Positions 1 to 12,544 of a DNA stretch of 64,000 nucleotides are shown here, piece after piece. Numbering within the stretch: the stretch's first letter is position 1; each line of letters begins with the position of its first letter. The notes under the pieces are model-generated. The model saw only the letters and a list, made by a program, of their open reading frames with translations, was not told the origin of the DNA and did not search any database. Where the stretch lies: contig CM119270.1 of the NCBI GenBank assembly GCA_051294375.1, forward strand, positions 13,292,843-13,356,842, read 5' to 3'. The stretch comes from Paraspadella gotoi. Lineage: Eukaryota; Animalia; Chaetognatha. The translations under genes were made by a program, and so were the position numbers.

Positions 1-685
1 AAAAAAAGGGAAGAACGCAAAAGAAAATAAGAAAGGAGAATTAGAAAGAGAAAGAGAAAAAGGGAAGGAAGGAAGAAAACGAGAAGTTAGAATAAGGAAA
101 AGTGGAGGACTGAAAAGAAACGAAAGAGAAAAGAAAAAGAGGAAAATAGGAGGAAGAAGAAGAAGAATTGAAAAAAAAAGAAAAGAAAGGAAACCGAACC
201 TTGTTAGAGAAAAAAAAGGGAAGCAACGAGAAGCTGAAGCTCGAGGAAAATATTTCCTCGACTTTTCACCGTCATCATCGTCGTTGCTTCTTGCCTAATG
301 AGAAACAAGTGAGGTTCCCCGTCGAAAATCGGCCACCGTTAATATTTAAATCTTTTTAAATCTTAAATCTTGAGTCTTAAAAATCTTAAAATCTTGATAT
401 TTTGAAAATCTTAATATCTTTAAAATCTTTACATAAATTAAGAAAGCTTAATTCTAGGTCTCAAATTTTAAATCTTCCGTCTAGTTTTCTCTGAAAAAAA
501 AAATTATTTCGCGTGAATGTATCAGTTGAATATTAATGAATATTAATGAATATTAATATGAATATGAATATTAATATGAATATTAATGCAAAAAAAATAT
601 CGGCTTTAAAATTTCTCGTCGCCGGAGGTAGTTTCGTGGTTCTAGCTGTTGCTTGTAAATTCGACGCTTGCTTCGTCTTTGTAGA

Positions 686-743
<58 letters not shown>

Positions 744-1048
744 CTTATCGATTAGTCTGCCAAAGAAAAAACTCCACAGAAAAGAGCTGAAAAGTAGCTG
801 AGTGAAGGAGTTGGAAGGAAAGGAGCGGGGAGGGGTTTAGGACTGGGCACTGTGGACAGTGCACGCGGCTGTTTAAAGTTTAAAGTTTAAAGTTAAACGT
901 TATTTGCAATGAGTGATATACATCGTTCAAGTTATCTATGTTCAAAAACGGTCTTGTTGAAAAACATGATAAATCAAATTAAAACATAACTTTAGAATCA
1001 ATAGAAGTCACCGTGAAGGAACGAAAGAGCCGACGACGACGTTGACAC

Positions 1049-1081
<33 letters not shown>

Positions 1082-3162
1082 TTCAAACGTGACCGAATGC
1101 GCTTTTCCCCCCTTCCCCCCCCCCTACCGACGGTCAAACCGCATTTTCGCTTTTTCTTCGTCCGTCAATGTCGAGACGCGAGGGGCCAGTGCGACCGCGC
1201 AGCTGCTGTTGTCGATGCTGAACTCTCCCGGTTCTCACTGTTCTTACTGCTCTTACTGCCATTGCCGCGGTTATCGGCAGTTATACGCTAATTGAATGAG
1301 CAAATTTATCCTTTTAGCAGGAGAACGCCGTCGCGAAGTTTTCTTTTATTTTTATTTAGACTTTGATATGAAAAAAGAGATAAGAATGTAAATATGACAA
1401 CCATTTATGACTCTTACGTTTCACCGATGTCCGCAGCTGACGACGATGACGACGACGACGATGACGACGACGACGTTAACACGCCATACAGAATTCCTCC
1501 TCTTTTTAATCTTTAAGCTCTTCCCTTTCTAAACGACCGCGCGGCAAAAAGCCGCATCCAAATTGCCCCAAGTCACGACCCTCCAAAAAATGACCTCTTC
1601 TCCCAAAAAATGACCGCGAATGAGCGGCAAAAATGACCTCGGATGACGTCAGCCATTTCCGGTAAAAGGAGAAATAGAAGAAGGATACCATCTAGGCAAA
1701 GAGTATATCACATAATTGTTAAAAAGTTAATTTACTCAATAAAAAATATATAAAATATGGGTAAAATATGCTCAATATTCGGTATACTCTCCCTCGGCAT
1801 ACCTCCTTTTTTGTCTTCTAAAGGGAGGAGTCACGATAAATAATTTTTATTTGTTATATCGCAGTAAAAATTTTTTAATGGTGGAATGATTAAGTTTAGT
1901 CTATTGCTGATAATTTGTTGAGTCTTTTCTTCTATTATAAGATCTATATTAGCACTTTATAAACAAAGAGAGGTGTAGTACCTCTGGCATAGCCAAATAA
2001 CAAAAATTAAAAAAAAATAATTAATTTAAAATAAAAATAAATCATTTAATAATACTAAGAATGGTGGAAGACCATTTTTTTATTTAAGGTAGTATTCTTT
2101 TTTTCCTATAACATCTAAATGATTTGAGCTTAAAAAAAGATTTTTTTTAATATTAAACAAGTTTTTAAGCAGATATCATCCACTAAAAAGTGATATACTT
2201 TTTGCCTGGATGGTATTTTCTTTGCTATTTTTTTTTCGCTCTATTTTGGTCGCGTGGAATTAACATCTGCAATAACGACGACGACGAGGGTGACAACGAC
2301 AATGAAGACGAAGTCGACGACGATAACGACGTCAACGTGGACGACAACAGCAACGACGACAAAGGCAACAAATAAAACAACAAAGATACAAAATTATAAG
2401 ACGACGACGTATGACTCGTATTGGACGCAAAATCGATTTAAATGTCATAAAATGTGTATTTATTTTTTGATAAAACCTTCAAACTTTGCAATGTATTTTT
2501 TTATTCAAATATTTTTTTCCTAAGATTTTCATTTTTAAAATTTTTGTATTCACATCAATTTTTGGGTGAAACTTCATTTTCGTTTATTAAAAAAAAATAA
2601 ATTAAAAAAAGTACTGGGGGGGAACGGACCCCTAGCATTTTTGTTGTATGGATTTTCGAATGGAAAGAATCCGACGTGCGGGCGGATGTACGGACACTTG
2701 GAAGATTGGAACAGATTGGTTCCGGGTAATGACGTCGGCCAATGGCCGTTGCCGCTGTCATTGCCATCGGAATCGGCCATTTTCAATGCTATTAGAAGGC
2801 TCCATTGGCCATTGGCCATTTCCATCAGCAATTTGCCGTTTTTTTTTCCTTCGCCGCACCCTTGCCATCAGCGCTCGGTTGAAAAAAAGTTTTTATTTCC
2901 CAGAAATCTAATCAACTGCGTAGAAGATCAATCAATTTCGTTTTATCAACGAACTTTTCTCTTGATTCATTTATACGTTATGATTCAAATTAAATTGTAT
3001 AGACTATTCCATCGGAAAGAAACGAAGGCCGTTAAATAAAAGAAGTCACGCTTAGAAGCCAAATAGAACAAATAAAACTGCGCTGAATAAAACGAGAAAA
3101 GAAAAAAAGAAAGACTGTGAAGCCGACTTTGCGACAAATGACGACGACGACGACGACGGGAC

Positions 3163-3528
3163 GTGTCGAGGATTTCCGGGTCGAAGCCATTCGCACCAGA
3201 CAGCGACTTAAACGGGCCCACGGTCTGTCTCTCCCCCCCCGCCCCTCGTTCTATTCCTTTCCCCCCTCCCTCGTCCCTCCGACTTCCTCACTCTCTCTCT
3301 TTCTTTACACCCCCCCCCTTTACTCTACTCATCTCTATACCCCGTCCCCTTAAGCGCGCCTCTCACCCCCCCCCTTACGAATCATGGACCATTTCGTCGA
3401 ACTTATGTCTCTCGTCCGAATAAATATAATCACTTCTTCTTCCTCTTCCTCCTCCTCCTCCTCCTCTTCGTTTACGCTTACCCCATTGTGCAGAAGATCG
3501 GATTCGTAAATAACAATGTTGATCCAAC
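3163..3528 (-). CDS. Candidate small exons of an unidentified host gene (3482-3528, 3379-3410, ~3163-3224)
   Basis: AG/GT-bounded segments of 47 nt (phase 0-2, VGSTLLFTNPIFCTMG, donor GTAAGC) and 32 nt (phase 2-1, DISSTKWSMI, donor GTAAGG). The third reads HRGPSLSRCLGANGFDPE only in the redundant copy at ~13075 and has a stop in this copy. Confidence 0.3.
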
Positions 3529-3789
3529 CTCTTTTACAATTTTACACTTTTCTCAAACAGTTCTGTACCCGCGTCTTTTGAGGAATCTCTCATTGTCTCG
3601 TCGTTTCTCTTTTATTCTCTCTGTCTCTGTCTCTCTCTCTCTCCCTCTCAATTGTTTTCTTTCTGTCTTTCTTTCTTTCTTGTAAACTTAAACTGATGGC
3701 AAATTCGCAGCGAGTTATACAACTAAATAAATAAACCATATACATATTTTATTTTATCTCCATTAACTTCTTAATATTAATTACCGAAT

Positions 3790-4370
3790 TCGACAGATGC
3801 GCAGGTTGGGTTTTATTGCAAATAATTTTTTCAAAACATTGAGAACAGATGGGGTGCCCATTTTTAACAGGGGTAAAGGGAAAAGGGAATCTTATTTTTT
3901 AAACGAGAAAATACTTTAATAAGAGCGATCTTTTGGATCGATGAGAAAAATAAAAAATTAAAAAAAAACAAAAGACACACATTTTTTATTTCTCACCTGA
4001 GTGCAGGTATAAATTTTATCTTTCGTCGTAAAATGCAAAAAACAAACTGGACAACTTAAAGATGTAACAATGTCTTGGATCAACCTCATATAAAGAAAAT
4101 GATCTTAAAAACCGACAATCTGAAAAGATCAAAAAAGACGAGGATTTTCTATAGCATGAGAAATCTGCGAGGGCGACAAACGAAAAAAAAAAGGGATTAA
4201 AAAAAATAAAGTAGATGTAGAATTTTAACCAAAGTAGATTGAAAAGTTTAAACCCTTTTCCCCCCCCAAAATACATTGCGGATGTCGTCTTAAAGAAGAG
4301 ATCAAATTCTAAAGATAAGGGTTTTTTTAGAGGCGGCCAAAACAGACATATTCTTTCTTTATCACCAGAC
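3790..4370 (+). pseudogene. Frameshifted fragment of a protein-primed family-B DNA polymerase (pPolB)
   Basis: 4309-4365 reads LKIR in one frame, FFRGG in the adjacent frame and KTDIFFLYH back in the first. One compensating indel pair gives LKIRxFFRGGKTDIFFLYH, resembling the Polinton pPolB pre-motif-A signature LxPRDAFFGGRTNxxxLYH. Upstream reads DGVPIFNRGKGKRESYFLNEKYFNKSDLF. Recognised by eye only; motif A (DxxSLYP) was not found. Confidence 0.45.
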
Positions 4371-4899
4371 AACTTTTTTTTTAAGTTTTCTTGGAATCGA
4401 ATCTTTTATTTTCGATTGTTCTCGCATTCATTCATTCCACCGCCTTCGCGTTCCTTTTCCGCCATTTTTCAAAGATGCATCGTCTTTGCATTCATTCTTT
4501 CTTTTCTTTAATTTCCAAACCATCTTAGGAGACTTTAGACCTGGCGATGCTAGGTCTATTGTTTATTATCTTTTTCGCCTGTTCAATTGGCAAAAGAAGA
4601 ATTTTTTTTTCTCTTAAAGTTGGAAACAATTGTCCCGATGACATTCCGCCTTGGAAACTCAGACGAAAGTCTCACTGACGTCAACGACCAACGCCGGCAA
4701 TCGTCCACTATCGCATAAACTCCCTATTCACGACTTACTTATCCCACTTTCATTTTGCGTCTAACAAAGGACTGCACTCCTTCAATAAGTCGCCCACATT
4801 TAACAACCAATCAATATTCATCGGGTATTACGAATCCAACTTTCACTCCCACTTTAAGTACAAATACGACAGCAATTACTTCATACAAAGAACTCAATC

Positions 4900-5260
4900 T
4901 TTTCCACGACAACGTCGCCCACAATCAACCACAATCAGTCGTCATCAATCATTTCGTCAGTGTTACAAGTCCAATTGCAACGAAGGCCAACTTGATTTCT
5001 TAACGTAGACCATCCACCAATTGAGTCCAACCCACTCTTCCTCATTTCATCGTTGTATTACGAGTCAAATACACAGTCCACAATCAACTACAATCAATCA
5101 TTATCCACTTCCTTTATCACATATTACGAGGTCCAATTGCAACGAGGGCCAACTTGCATTTCATCGACGAGACCATCCACAGTCGAGTCCAACCACACCT
5201 CTTCCTTTCATTTCATCGAGTATTTACAGGTCCAACGCCAACGAAGAAACAAGTTCAGTC
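4900..5260 (+). repeat. Imperfect ~160-bp tandem repeat, possibly coding
   Basis: GTCCAATTGCAACGA(A/G)GGCCAACTTG at ~4969 and ~5131, each followed by GACCATCCAC..GAGTCCAACC. Translates as YKSNCNEGQLDF and RSNCNEGQLAF, with a degenerate third unit YRSNANEE. Confidence 0.7.
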
Positions 5261-5639
5261 TTTTTCAACGAGAGGATCACGAAGAAAAACCGCTACGAAA
5301 ACGGCTGTCGAATCTCAGCATCCATCACAACGAGTGAGTAAATATTTTTTTTTTATTATAAAATGGGGCTATATAGTTTTATTAATAGGTATATAGAAAT
5401 TAGAAGTGTAAAAGACTTCTAATTTCGTTAATCATCATCGTCGTCGTGATCGTCTTTGGTCAATGCATCGGATCTTTACTTAAAGAGGCGTAGAGACAAT
5501 GGATTTTCAAGGAGAGGAAGAGAAGATATAGAAATGACAGGCTAATTAAGAGAGAGAAAGGTGAGAGGAAAGAGGTGGGTTAGAGGAATATTTAGAACCA
5601 CTTCGCCTCAAGCGATAAGGCAGAATACCAAACGAAGAT

Positions 5640-6092
5640 GATGGAAGAATTACAATTACTGCCAGTAGCTCCGAGAGTTCCGGGGAGAGAGAGAGGAAGA
5701 AGAAAGAGGGAAGAGGGATTCAACATTTACAGCCAGAGCTGAATGGGTGTGATGGGTTGATGGGCGAAGAACAAGGATGAAACAGATTGTAGAAGGAGAA
5801 CGAGAACAAAAAGAATTGAAATGGCAAGAGGAAATACGCAGATTTATGAGGGATAGAGAGAGAGCTAGAAAGGAGAAAGGGGAGGCGATAGAGACATAGA
5901 AGAAGAAGAAGAGGAAGAAGAGGGATGGCCCGGCGAAGAGTGGAGCGAGTTTGAGGATTACGAAGAAATAGGTAAAAAATTAAAGTTAAATATTTAAAAG
6001 TAGAGGTATTATCACTTTTTATTTGCTCTTCATCAGAGATGACGTCGTTGGTCTCGGGATATCAATGGGAGTGCATGGACTACGAAATGTGA
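5640..6092 (+). CDS. Small Glu-rich hypothetical protein, frameshifted, with a 65-nt GT-AG intron (5972-6036)
   Basis: Reads MEELQLLPVAPRVPG...MKQIVEGEREQKELKWQEEIRRFMRDRE...DIEEEEEEEEGWPGEEWSEFEDYEEI. Donor G|GTAAAA at 5972 and acceptor CTCTTCATCAG| at 6036 join in phase to EMTSLVSGYQWECMDYEM-TGA (6090-6092). Confidence 0.4.
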
Positions 6093-6519
6093 ACATATGT
6101 ATATTTCTTCGTATATGCATCATAATAATATTATGAGTTAGAAAATGTACTAAATAAACCCAGCGTCAGGTGTTAAGTGCCAAGGTTACAGATCTTTTTT
6201 TCAAATAAAGAATCTATGTAAAATCTTTTTAAGAGTACAATTGGCTCATGCGTAGGTTTTAATCTTTTAAGCAGAAAAAATTATATGTGGCGATATGGCA
6301 TTCATGTTATTGTATAACAGGAACCGGCATTTTTTTTTTTTTTCCAATACAATGGATTTTTAGTGAATACGATTCGTGCGTAGGATTTAAATCTCTTTTA
6401 ATCATTTTTTACAAGGATAAGTGTATGTAGGTGAGGTAATTCACGCCCCATTTCCGCAATAGAAGTAGCGTATATAAATAAAGACCGGTGATGTCTTTCG
6501 ACAGCGCATTTAAAAATGT

Positions 6520-7335
6520 CAGCGAGAAGCGATCGCTTTAAAATTTGTCTCAATAATAGATTTTAACAAATTGCCCAAAGATCAAAAAATTTGCATACTT
6601 ACAAACTAAAAAACCAGCATTGATTTTACAATAAATAATTAATTTCATGACTTTAAAAGATTTTCTTAAATGCATCAAAAGAGTTAAACCTAGAAGATTA
6701 TCCATTCTTATCGGAAACGTCTGAAACGAATAGAGCACTTACAAAGCAAACGCGATCAATTAGGATATAAAACGAAATTGAACTCATAATAAAATGGGCA
6801 AAAATCCAGAGCAGAAATTAAACTCTTTATCAGAGAACTCGTAAGAAAAAAAAGCGAATTCAGACTTTGCAGTAAGGGGAAACGAAAACATCAAATCGCT
6901 AATACTATTTTACTGGAAAAAGAACACAATAAGATAAAATTTATTAACTAAAAATGGAATTAATCAAGAATATGGAAATGTGCGAAGGGGGTTACATAAT
7001 GGGACTAAAAATGAAAAGCTCAAATAATTAAATTTAGAAACAAATGATCCCATTCGCGTAGAAACTTGTATAAAGTTTAGTTCAACGACTTAAAGAATTA
7101 TCCTAAGTCTTTACAAAATTAAACAGTTTATGTGCGATCCTGAAAGATCGGATTTCGCGATCAAAGAGAAGACGAAGACACACTACGAAAGAGATGGACA
7201 AATTTACTTAGAAGTATATTACTAGAAACGAAGAAGAGAAGCAACATTAAGTTTTCCGTCCCTGGCCAAACAAGGTGCGACAACGAGGACGACGAATTAC
7301 TACGAAAGCAAAGACTTGACCGTCTGCATAATTAA
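6520..7335 (+). pseudogene. Frameshifted hypothetical ORF in the Polinton-like island
   Basis: The C-terminal part is open and protein-like: KIGFRDQREDEDTLRKRWTNLLRSILLETKKRSNIKFSVPGQTRCDNEDDELLRKQRLDRLHN-TAA. The upstream part is broken by indels; no family recognised. Confidence 0.3.
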
Positions 7336-7486
7336 GGGCATTTTTAATTGTCGATTTTTTAAATTTTTTAACATTTCAAAGCGAAGCGATAATTGATATG
7401 TTTCCATGCAGATGCGACAATTGTAATAAGATTTGTCGACAATTGTTCTAAGGACAAACAGTGTTCCGAATGATAGGTTTTTTAAT

Positions 7487-7569
7487 TTAAAGTTTGGCGG
7501 CCATCGTTCGCATGACCGCCAACTTTAATACCTAATAAAAAATCCCACCGGGGAAGCTTCGCTTCCCCG
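7487..7569. repeat. Pair of short GC-rich DNA hairpins
   Basis: TTAAAGTTTGGCGGCCAT-cgttcgc-ATGACCGCCAACTTTAA (7487-7528) and the perfect CGGGGAAGC-ttc-GCTTCCCCG (7549-7569; GCGAAGC core on the minus strand). Confidence 0.85.
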
Positions 7570-8163
7570 TTGACATTTTTGCTTCGTAGTTCCAATCGAT
7601 TTACCATTATTAGTTCCATTTCTTTGCATGTCCTATATTTCTTCAATAAAAATGTTCTTGTTGTTTACGATCGTCGTCTTTTTCGATAGACTACGCCTCA
7701 CATTTTCTTAGTCGAGTTAATAACAAAGATCTTGATTTTCCGAGAAACGTTTCTAGTTATTATATAGACATTTAAATATTAAATAACTGACTAGCTCTTG
7801 TTTTTTTTTAAAACTATACATTAACTAAAAATACTAAACAATTTGATAAAGTATTATAAAGATTGCCGTAGAATAACAGACAAGTCTATACTACTGCATA
7901 ATATGTTTATGAATGCATATATACATAACGCCGTGTCAATATCGATAACAGTCGTCTTTTAGGCGCGGCTAAAGAGTCGATGACGTGTGATACGTCTGTC
8001 ATACAAAAGAAGTTAGTACAGTCAAAATTGATGACGTCGTTAATACACGAGAGTAGTGGTGTGGTCTAAAGTGATGACGTCGTGCTATACCCCGGGAGTA
8101 GTGGCGTGTGGTCGGGATGGTGACGTCATGTCATATCGCGTAAAAATATAAAAAGAAATTGTT

Positions 8164-8339
8164 AGATAAAAGGTCTGTTCTATGGCGAAAAAAAAATGCT
8201 CGAGAATGCGGATGTAACATTCCTTTTCGATGAAGTCTGTCATACAGTAAGCAGGTGTGGCCGGAATGATGACGTCATAAGAAAGGAATGTACATCCGGC
8301 ATCTTGATTTTTCGCAATAGAACAGACCTTTTACGATCT
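8164..8339. repeat. ~175-bp imperfect inverted repeat (terminal fold-back)
   Basis: Left arm AAAAGGTCTGTTCTATGGCGAAAAA..GCGGATGTAACATTCCTTTTCGATGA (8164-8233). Right arm (8275-8339) reverse-complements to AAAAGGTCTGTTCTATTGCGAAAAATCAAGATGCCGGATGTACATTCCTTTCTTATGA. Loop about 41 nt. Confidence 0.85.
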
Positions 8340-10729
8340 TATTAACCCCACGGCAGAGATGCGAGGGGACCTTTTTATATTCTAATCACGAGTACTGAAA
8401 CAGAAAACTGGAATTTAAAAAAAGATGAAAAAATGAGTTTTATGGTGGAACTGTCTTATTTTCCCTTCTATTTTCTTTCCTTTTTTTTCTTTCCCGATCA
8501 TTATTTTTTTTATCTCTCGTTCCTTTCTGTATTATTGAATAAAGTACACATCGTTATATTAATTAATTATTAGTCAAAACAATTTGGAAATTAATTTCAC
8601 TTTGCTTAGAATCAGATGAAGCTGTGTTCACCGTTTTTAATGTGAGTTATTGTTTAAAAAATATCACTTACTCACACACTCACGCAGAGGAGAAAGAGAG
8701 AGAGAGAGGAGAGAGATAGAGAGAGAGAAGTACCTCTTCCCTCTTTCCTCCTCTACTCAATTGATCGCAACTGGAAAAGTTGTACTTACATTTGTTTACA
8801 AATCATATACTTCTCAAACAAGTCTTATAGAAAACTGACTTTTACTTTCATCTTTTTTTATTGTAAAACTGGAGGCTCAAAATTCATCTATGGAGAATAA
8901 CAACCCAATTACTAAAATAATGAAACAGTCACTTCCCTTGGCTTTAATTGCTACTTATTAGCGGGCCATAATTTAAAAAACATTTTTAACAATATGAAGA
9001 CAGTCTGCAATAAAAATTTTGTCCTTTTACAACCAAATTGACCTTATTGATGTTAGATTTTGATTAAAATCATTTTCCAATGCATGGAAACATTTTTAAT
9101 AGTTTAATAATATATATAAAAAATTTTAAAAATTTCTTTGGAAATTTAAATTTTTAAAATTGATTCTGATAAAAGTGAAATAAGGTTAGTATTACAAATT
9201 TTAAAAAATTAATGATAAATGGGTTAAAATTGAAATAACCTTAAAAATCATCTTGTCATCATCAATAATTTGATTATTTTGTTTTATTTCATAACAATCA
9301 TTAAAATTTCAAAAAAAGAGAAAGAAAGTAAGAAAAAAAGAAAATAAAAAATGAAAAAGAAAGAAAAGAGAAGAAGAAAGAAAAGGAAGAAAGACAAAAA
9401 TAAAAGAAAAATAAATAAGAAAATATTGGAAGTAGAAAAGCAAATGAAGGGATAGGTTTCTGACGAAGATGATTAAAGGTATGTATCATTGTATGTATAA
9501 AGAAAGATTATCAAGAAATGTTAAAAATTATATTGCTAAAAGAGAAAAAGTCTAGAGTCGGAGAGAGAAAGAAAGAGAAAATGTGACGAAAATTGAGAGA
9601 GAAAAAACTCTGAGCGAAAACAAATTCGCTCATAATTACATTTGAAATTTCATTTGGAAAGATTTTAACAAAAAGCCCCAACACGCTGCCGCCAATAAAA
9701 TACTCTCTCTCTCTCTCTCTCTCTCCTCTCTCTCTTCTCTCTTCTTCTCTCTCCTTTTCTGCTCTCTCTCTTCTCTCTCTATGTTCCAGGGATGTGAGCG
9801 CTCCCTTATTTTAGTATTTTTCTTCTTCGTGAATTCATTTTCGAAATTTTTTTTTTTTTTTTTTTGCGACTGGAAAATCGATATCTCTGTTGCTCCATCT
9901 TTTATTCTTTCTTCATTCTCCAATCGCTGCTTCATTTCTTTCCCTTCTTCCGAACGATTCTTTTTTTCTCTTTCAATCACAGTTAACATTAGTACTACTT
10001 TTAGCATCGTATCCAATATCATAACATAACATATCCCATTCACTTTTTGCTAAATCTATTAACTATCCAGAATATTCATTAAGGCGGTAAAATTTATCGT
10101 TTTTTTATCATGAGAGGTCAGTATATAATTTGCGTCTCTGAAGATACTAAATACACAAGACATATTGCAATACATAACAATTGAACATTCTTTGAACATT
10201 ATAACTTTTATTAAATAGGAAGAGCGTTTAAAAAAGTCCAAAGTCAAAGACACGATAGCTTATTTATTAAAAGAATGGATAATTTTATTTAGTTGTACCA
10301 ATTTCAATACTTATTTCGCAGAACTTAGTTTTTAACTTGTCATCCTTTCCCCTCCTTTCCTTTCCCCAAACTTTCTTCCCCTCCTTCCTCCCCTCCTTCC
10401 TTTCCCTCTCCTTCCTTCCCCTCCTTTCTTTCCCAACTTTCCTTCCCCTCCTTTCCTTCCCCTCCTTTCTTTCCTCTCCTTTCTTCCCCTCTTTCCTTTC
10501 CTCTCCTTTCCTTCCCCCTCCTTCCCTTTCCCTCTCCTTCCTTCCCCTCCTCTCATTCCCCCCCTTTCCTTTCCCCCTTTCCCCCTTCATCCATATTCGG
10601 CGTTGCCTAAGAAACCGTTGTCCCTCTCGACGTCTCCGTTTACGATGTCATACTGTTGTAAAACAACGAAGACAATGAAAAATATGGGCGGAGGGATTGA
10701 AGACGGACCGGTCGGGGAGGTGGTGCATC

Positions 10730-10798
<69 letters not shown>

Positions 10799-10901
10799 AA
10801 GAGAGAAGAAGAAGAAGAAAGAAAAAAAAGAAAGAAGAAAGAAAGAAAGAAAGAAAAGAAAGAAAGAAAGAAGAAANNNNNNNNNNNNNNNNNNNNNNNN
10901 N

Positions 10902-11463
10902 GGGAAAGGAAAGGAGGGGAAAGGATAGGACAAGTTAAAAACTAAAAGTTCTGCGAAATAAGTAATGAAATTGGTACAACTAAAATAAAAATTATCCATT
11001 CTTTTAATAAATAAGCTATCGTGTCTTTGACTTTGGACTTTTTAAACGCTCTTCCTATTTAATAAAAGTTATAATGTTTCAAAGAATGTTTCAATTGTTT
11101 ATGTATGTGCAATATGTCTTGTGTATTTAGTATCTTTCAGAGACTGCAAAATTATATTACTGACCTTCTCATGATAAAAAACGATAAATTTTACCCGCCT
11201 TAATGAATATTCTGGATAGTTAATAGTTTAGCAAAAAGTGGAATGGGATATGTTATGTATGATATATTGGATACGATGCTAAAAAGTAGTACTAATGTTA
11301 AACTTGTGATTGAAAGAGAAAAAAAGAATCGTTTCGGGAAGAAGGGAAAGAAATTGAAAGCAGCGATTGGAAGAATGAAGAAAGAATAAAAGATGAGCAA
11401 CAGAGATATCGATTTTCCAGTCGCAAAAAAAAAAAAAAAACTCTCTCTCTCTCTCTCTTCTCC

Positions 11464-11496
<33 letters not shown>

Positions 11497-12470
11497 TCTC
11501 TCCTCTCTCTCTCTCTTCATGTTCCAGGGATGTGAGCGCTCCCTTATTTTAGTATTTTCTTCTTCGTGAATTCATTTTCGAAATTTTTTTTTTTTTTTTT
11601 TTGCGACTGGAAAATCGATATCTCTGTTGCTCATCTTTTATTCTTTCTTCATTCTTCCAATCGCTGCTTCATTTCTTTCCTTCTTCCGAACGATTCTTTT
11701 TTTCTCTTTCAATTCACAAGTTAACATTAGTCTACTTTTTAGCATCGTATCCAAATATCATACATAACATATCCCATTCACTTTTTGCTAAATCTATTAA
11801 CTATCCAGAATATTCATTAAGGCGGGTAAAATTATCGTTTTTTTATCATGAGAGGTCAGTAATATAATTTGCAGTTCTGAAGATACTAAATACAAAGACA
11901 TATTGCAATACATAAACAATTGAAAACATTCTTTGAAACATTATAACTTTTTATTAAATAGGAAGAGCGTTTAAAAAAGTCCAAAGTCAAAGACACGATA
12001 GCTTATTTATTAAAAGAATGGATAATTTTTATTTAGTTGTCCAATTTCAATACTATTTCGCAGAACTTAGTTTTTAACTGTCTATCCTTTCCCTCTTTCC
12101 TTTCCCCAAACTTTCCTTCCCCTCCTTTCCTTCCCCTTCCTTCTTTCCCTCTTCCTTCCTTCCCCTCCTTTTTTCCCAACTTTCCTTCCCCCCTTTCCTT
12201 CCCCTCCTTTCCTTTCCTCTCCTTTCTTCCCCCTCCTTTCCTTTCCTCTCCTTTCCTTCCCCTCCTTTCCCTTTCCCTCTCCTTCCTTCCCCTCCTTCTT
12301 CCCCCCTTTCCTTTCCCCCTTTCCCCCTTCATCCATATTCGGCGTTGCAGAAACGTTGTCCCTCTCGACGTCTCCGTTTACGATGTCATAACTGTTGTAA
12401 AACAACGAAGACAATGAAAAATATGGGCGGATGGGATTGAAGACGGACCCCGTCGGGGAGGTGGCATCAT

Positions 12471-12544
<74 letters not shown>

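Larger units (their letters stand above)
3681..8339. mobile_element. Putative Maverick/Polinton (adintovirus-like) remnant; right terminus apparently present, left end truncated or mis-joined
   Basis: Single-copy, almost microsatellite-free, coding-like island. Contains a pPolB-like motif at ~4309-4365, hairpins at 7487-7569, AGTAGT and five TGACGT motifs at 7979-8277, and ends ...GATCT|TATTAA. The redundant copy of the right flank (reverse complement of 17311-17330, CCCTTTC|TATTAA|CCCCACG) lacks the island. Confidence 0.5.

Noticed and set aside
3681-8339. Parvovirus/densovirus endogenous element
   Set aside because: The terminal hairpin is suggestive, but no NS1 HUH or SF3 helicase motif and no capsid PLA2 motif was seen; the only recognisable motif is pPolB-like.
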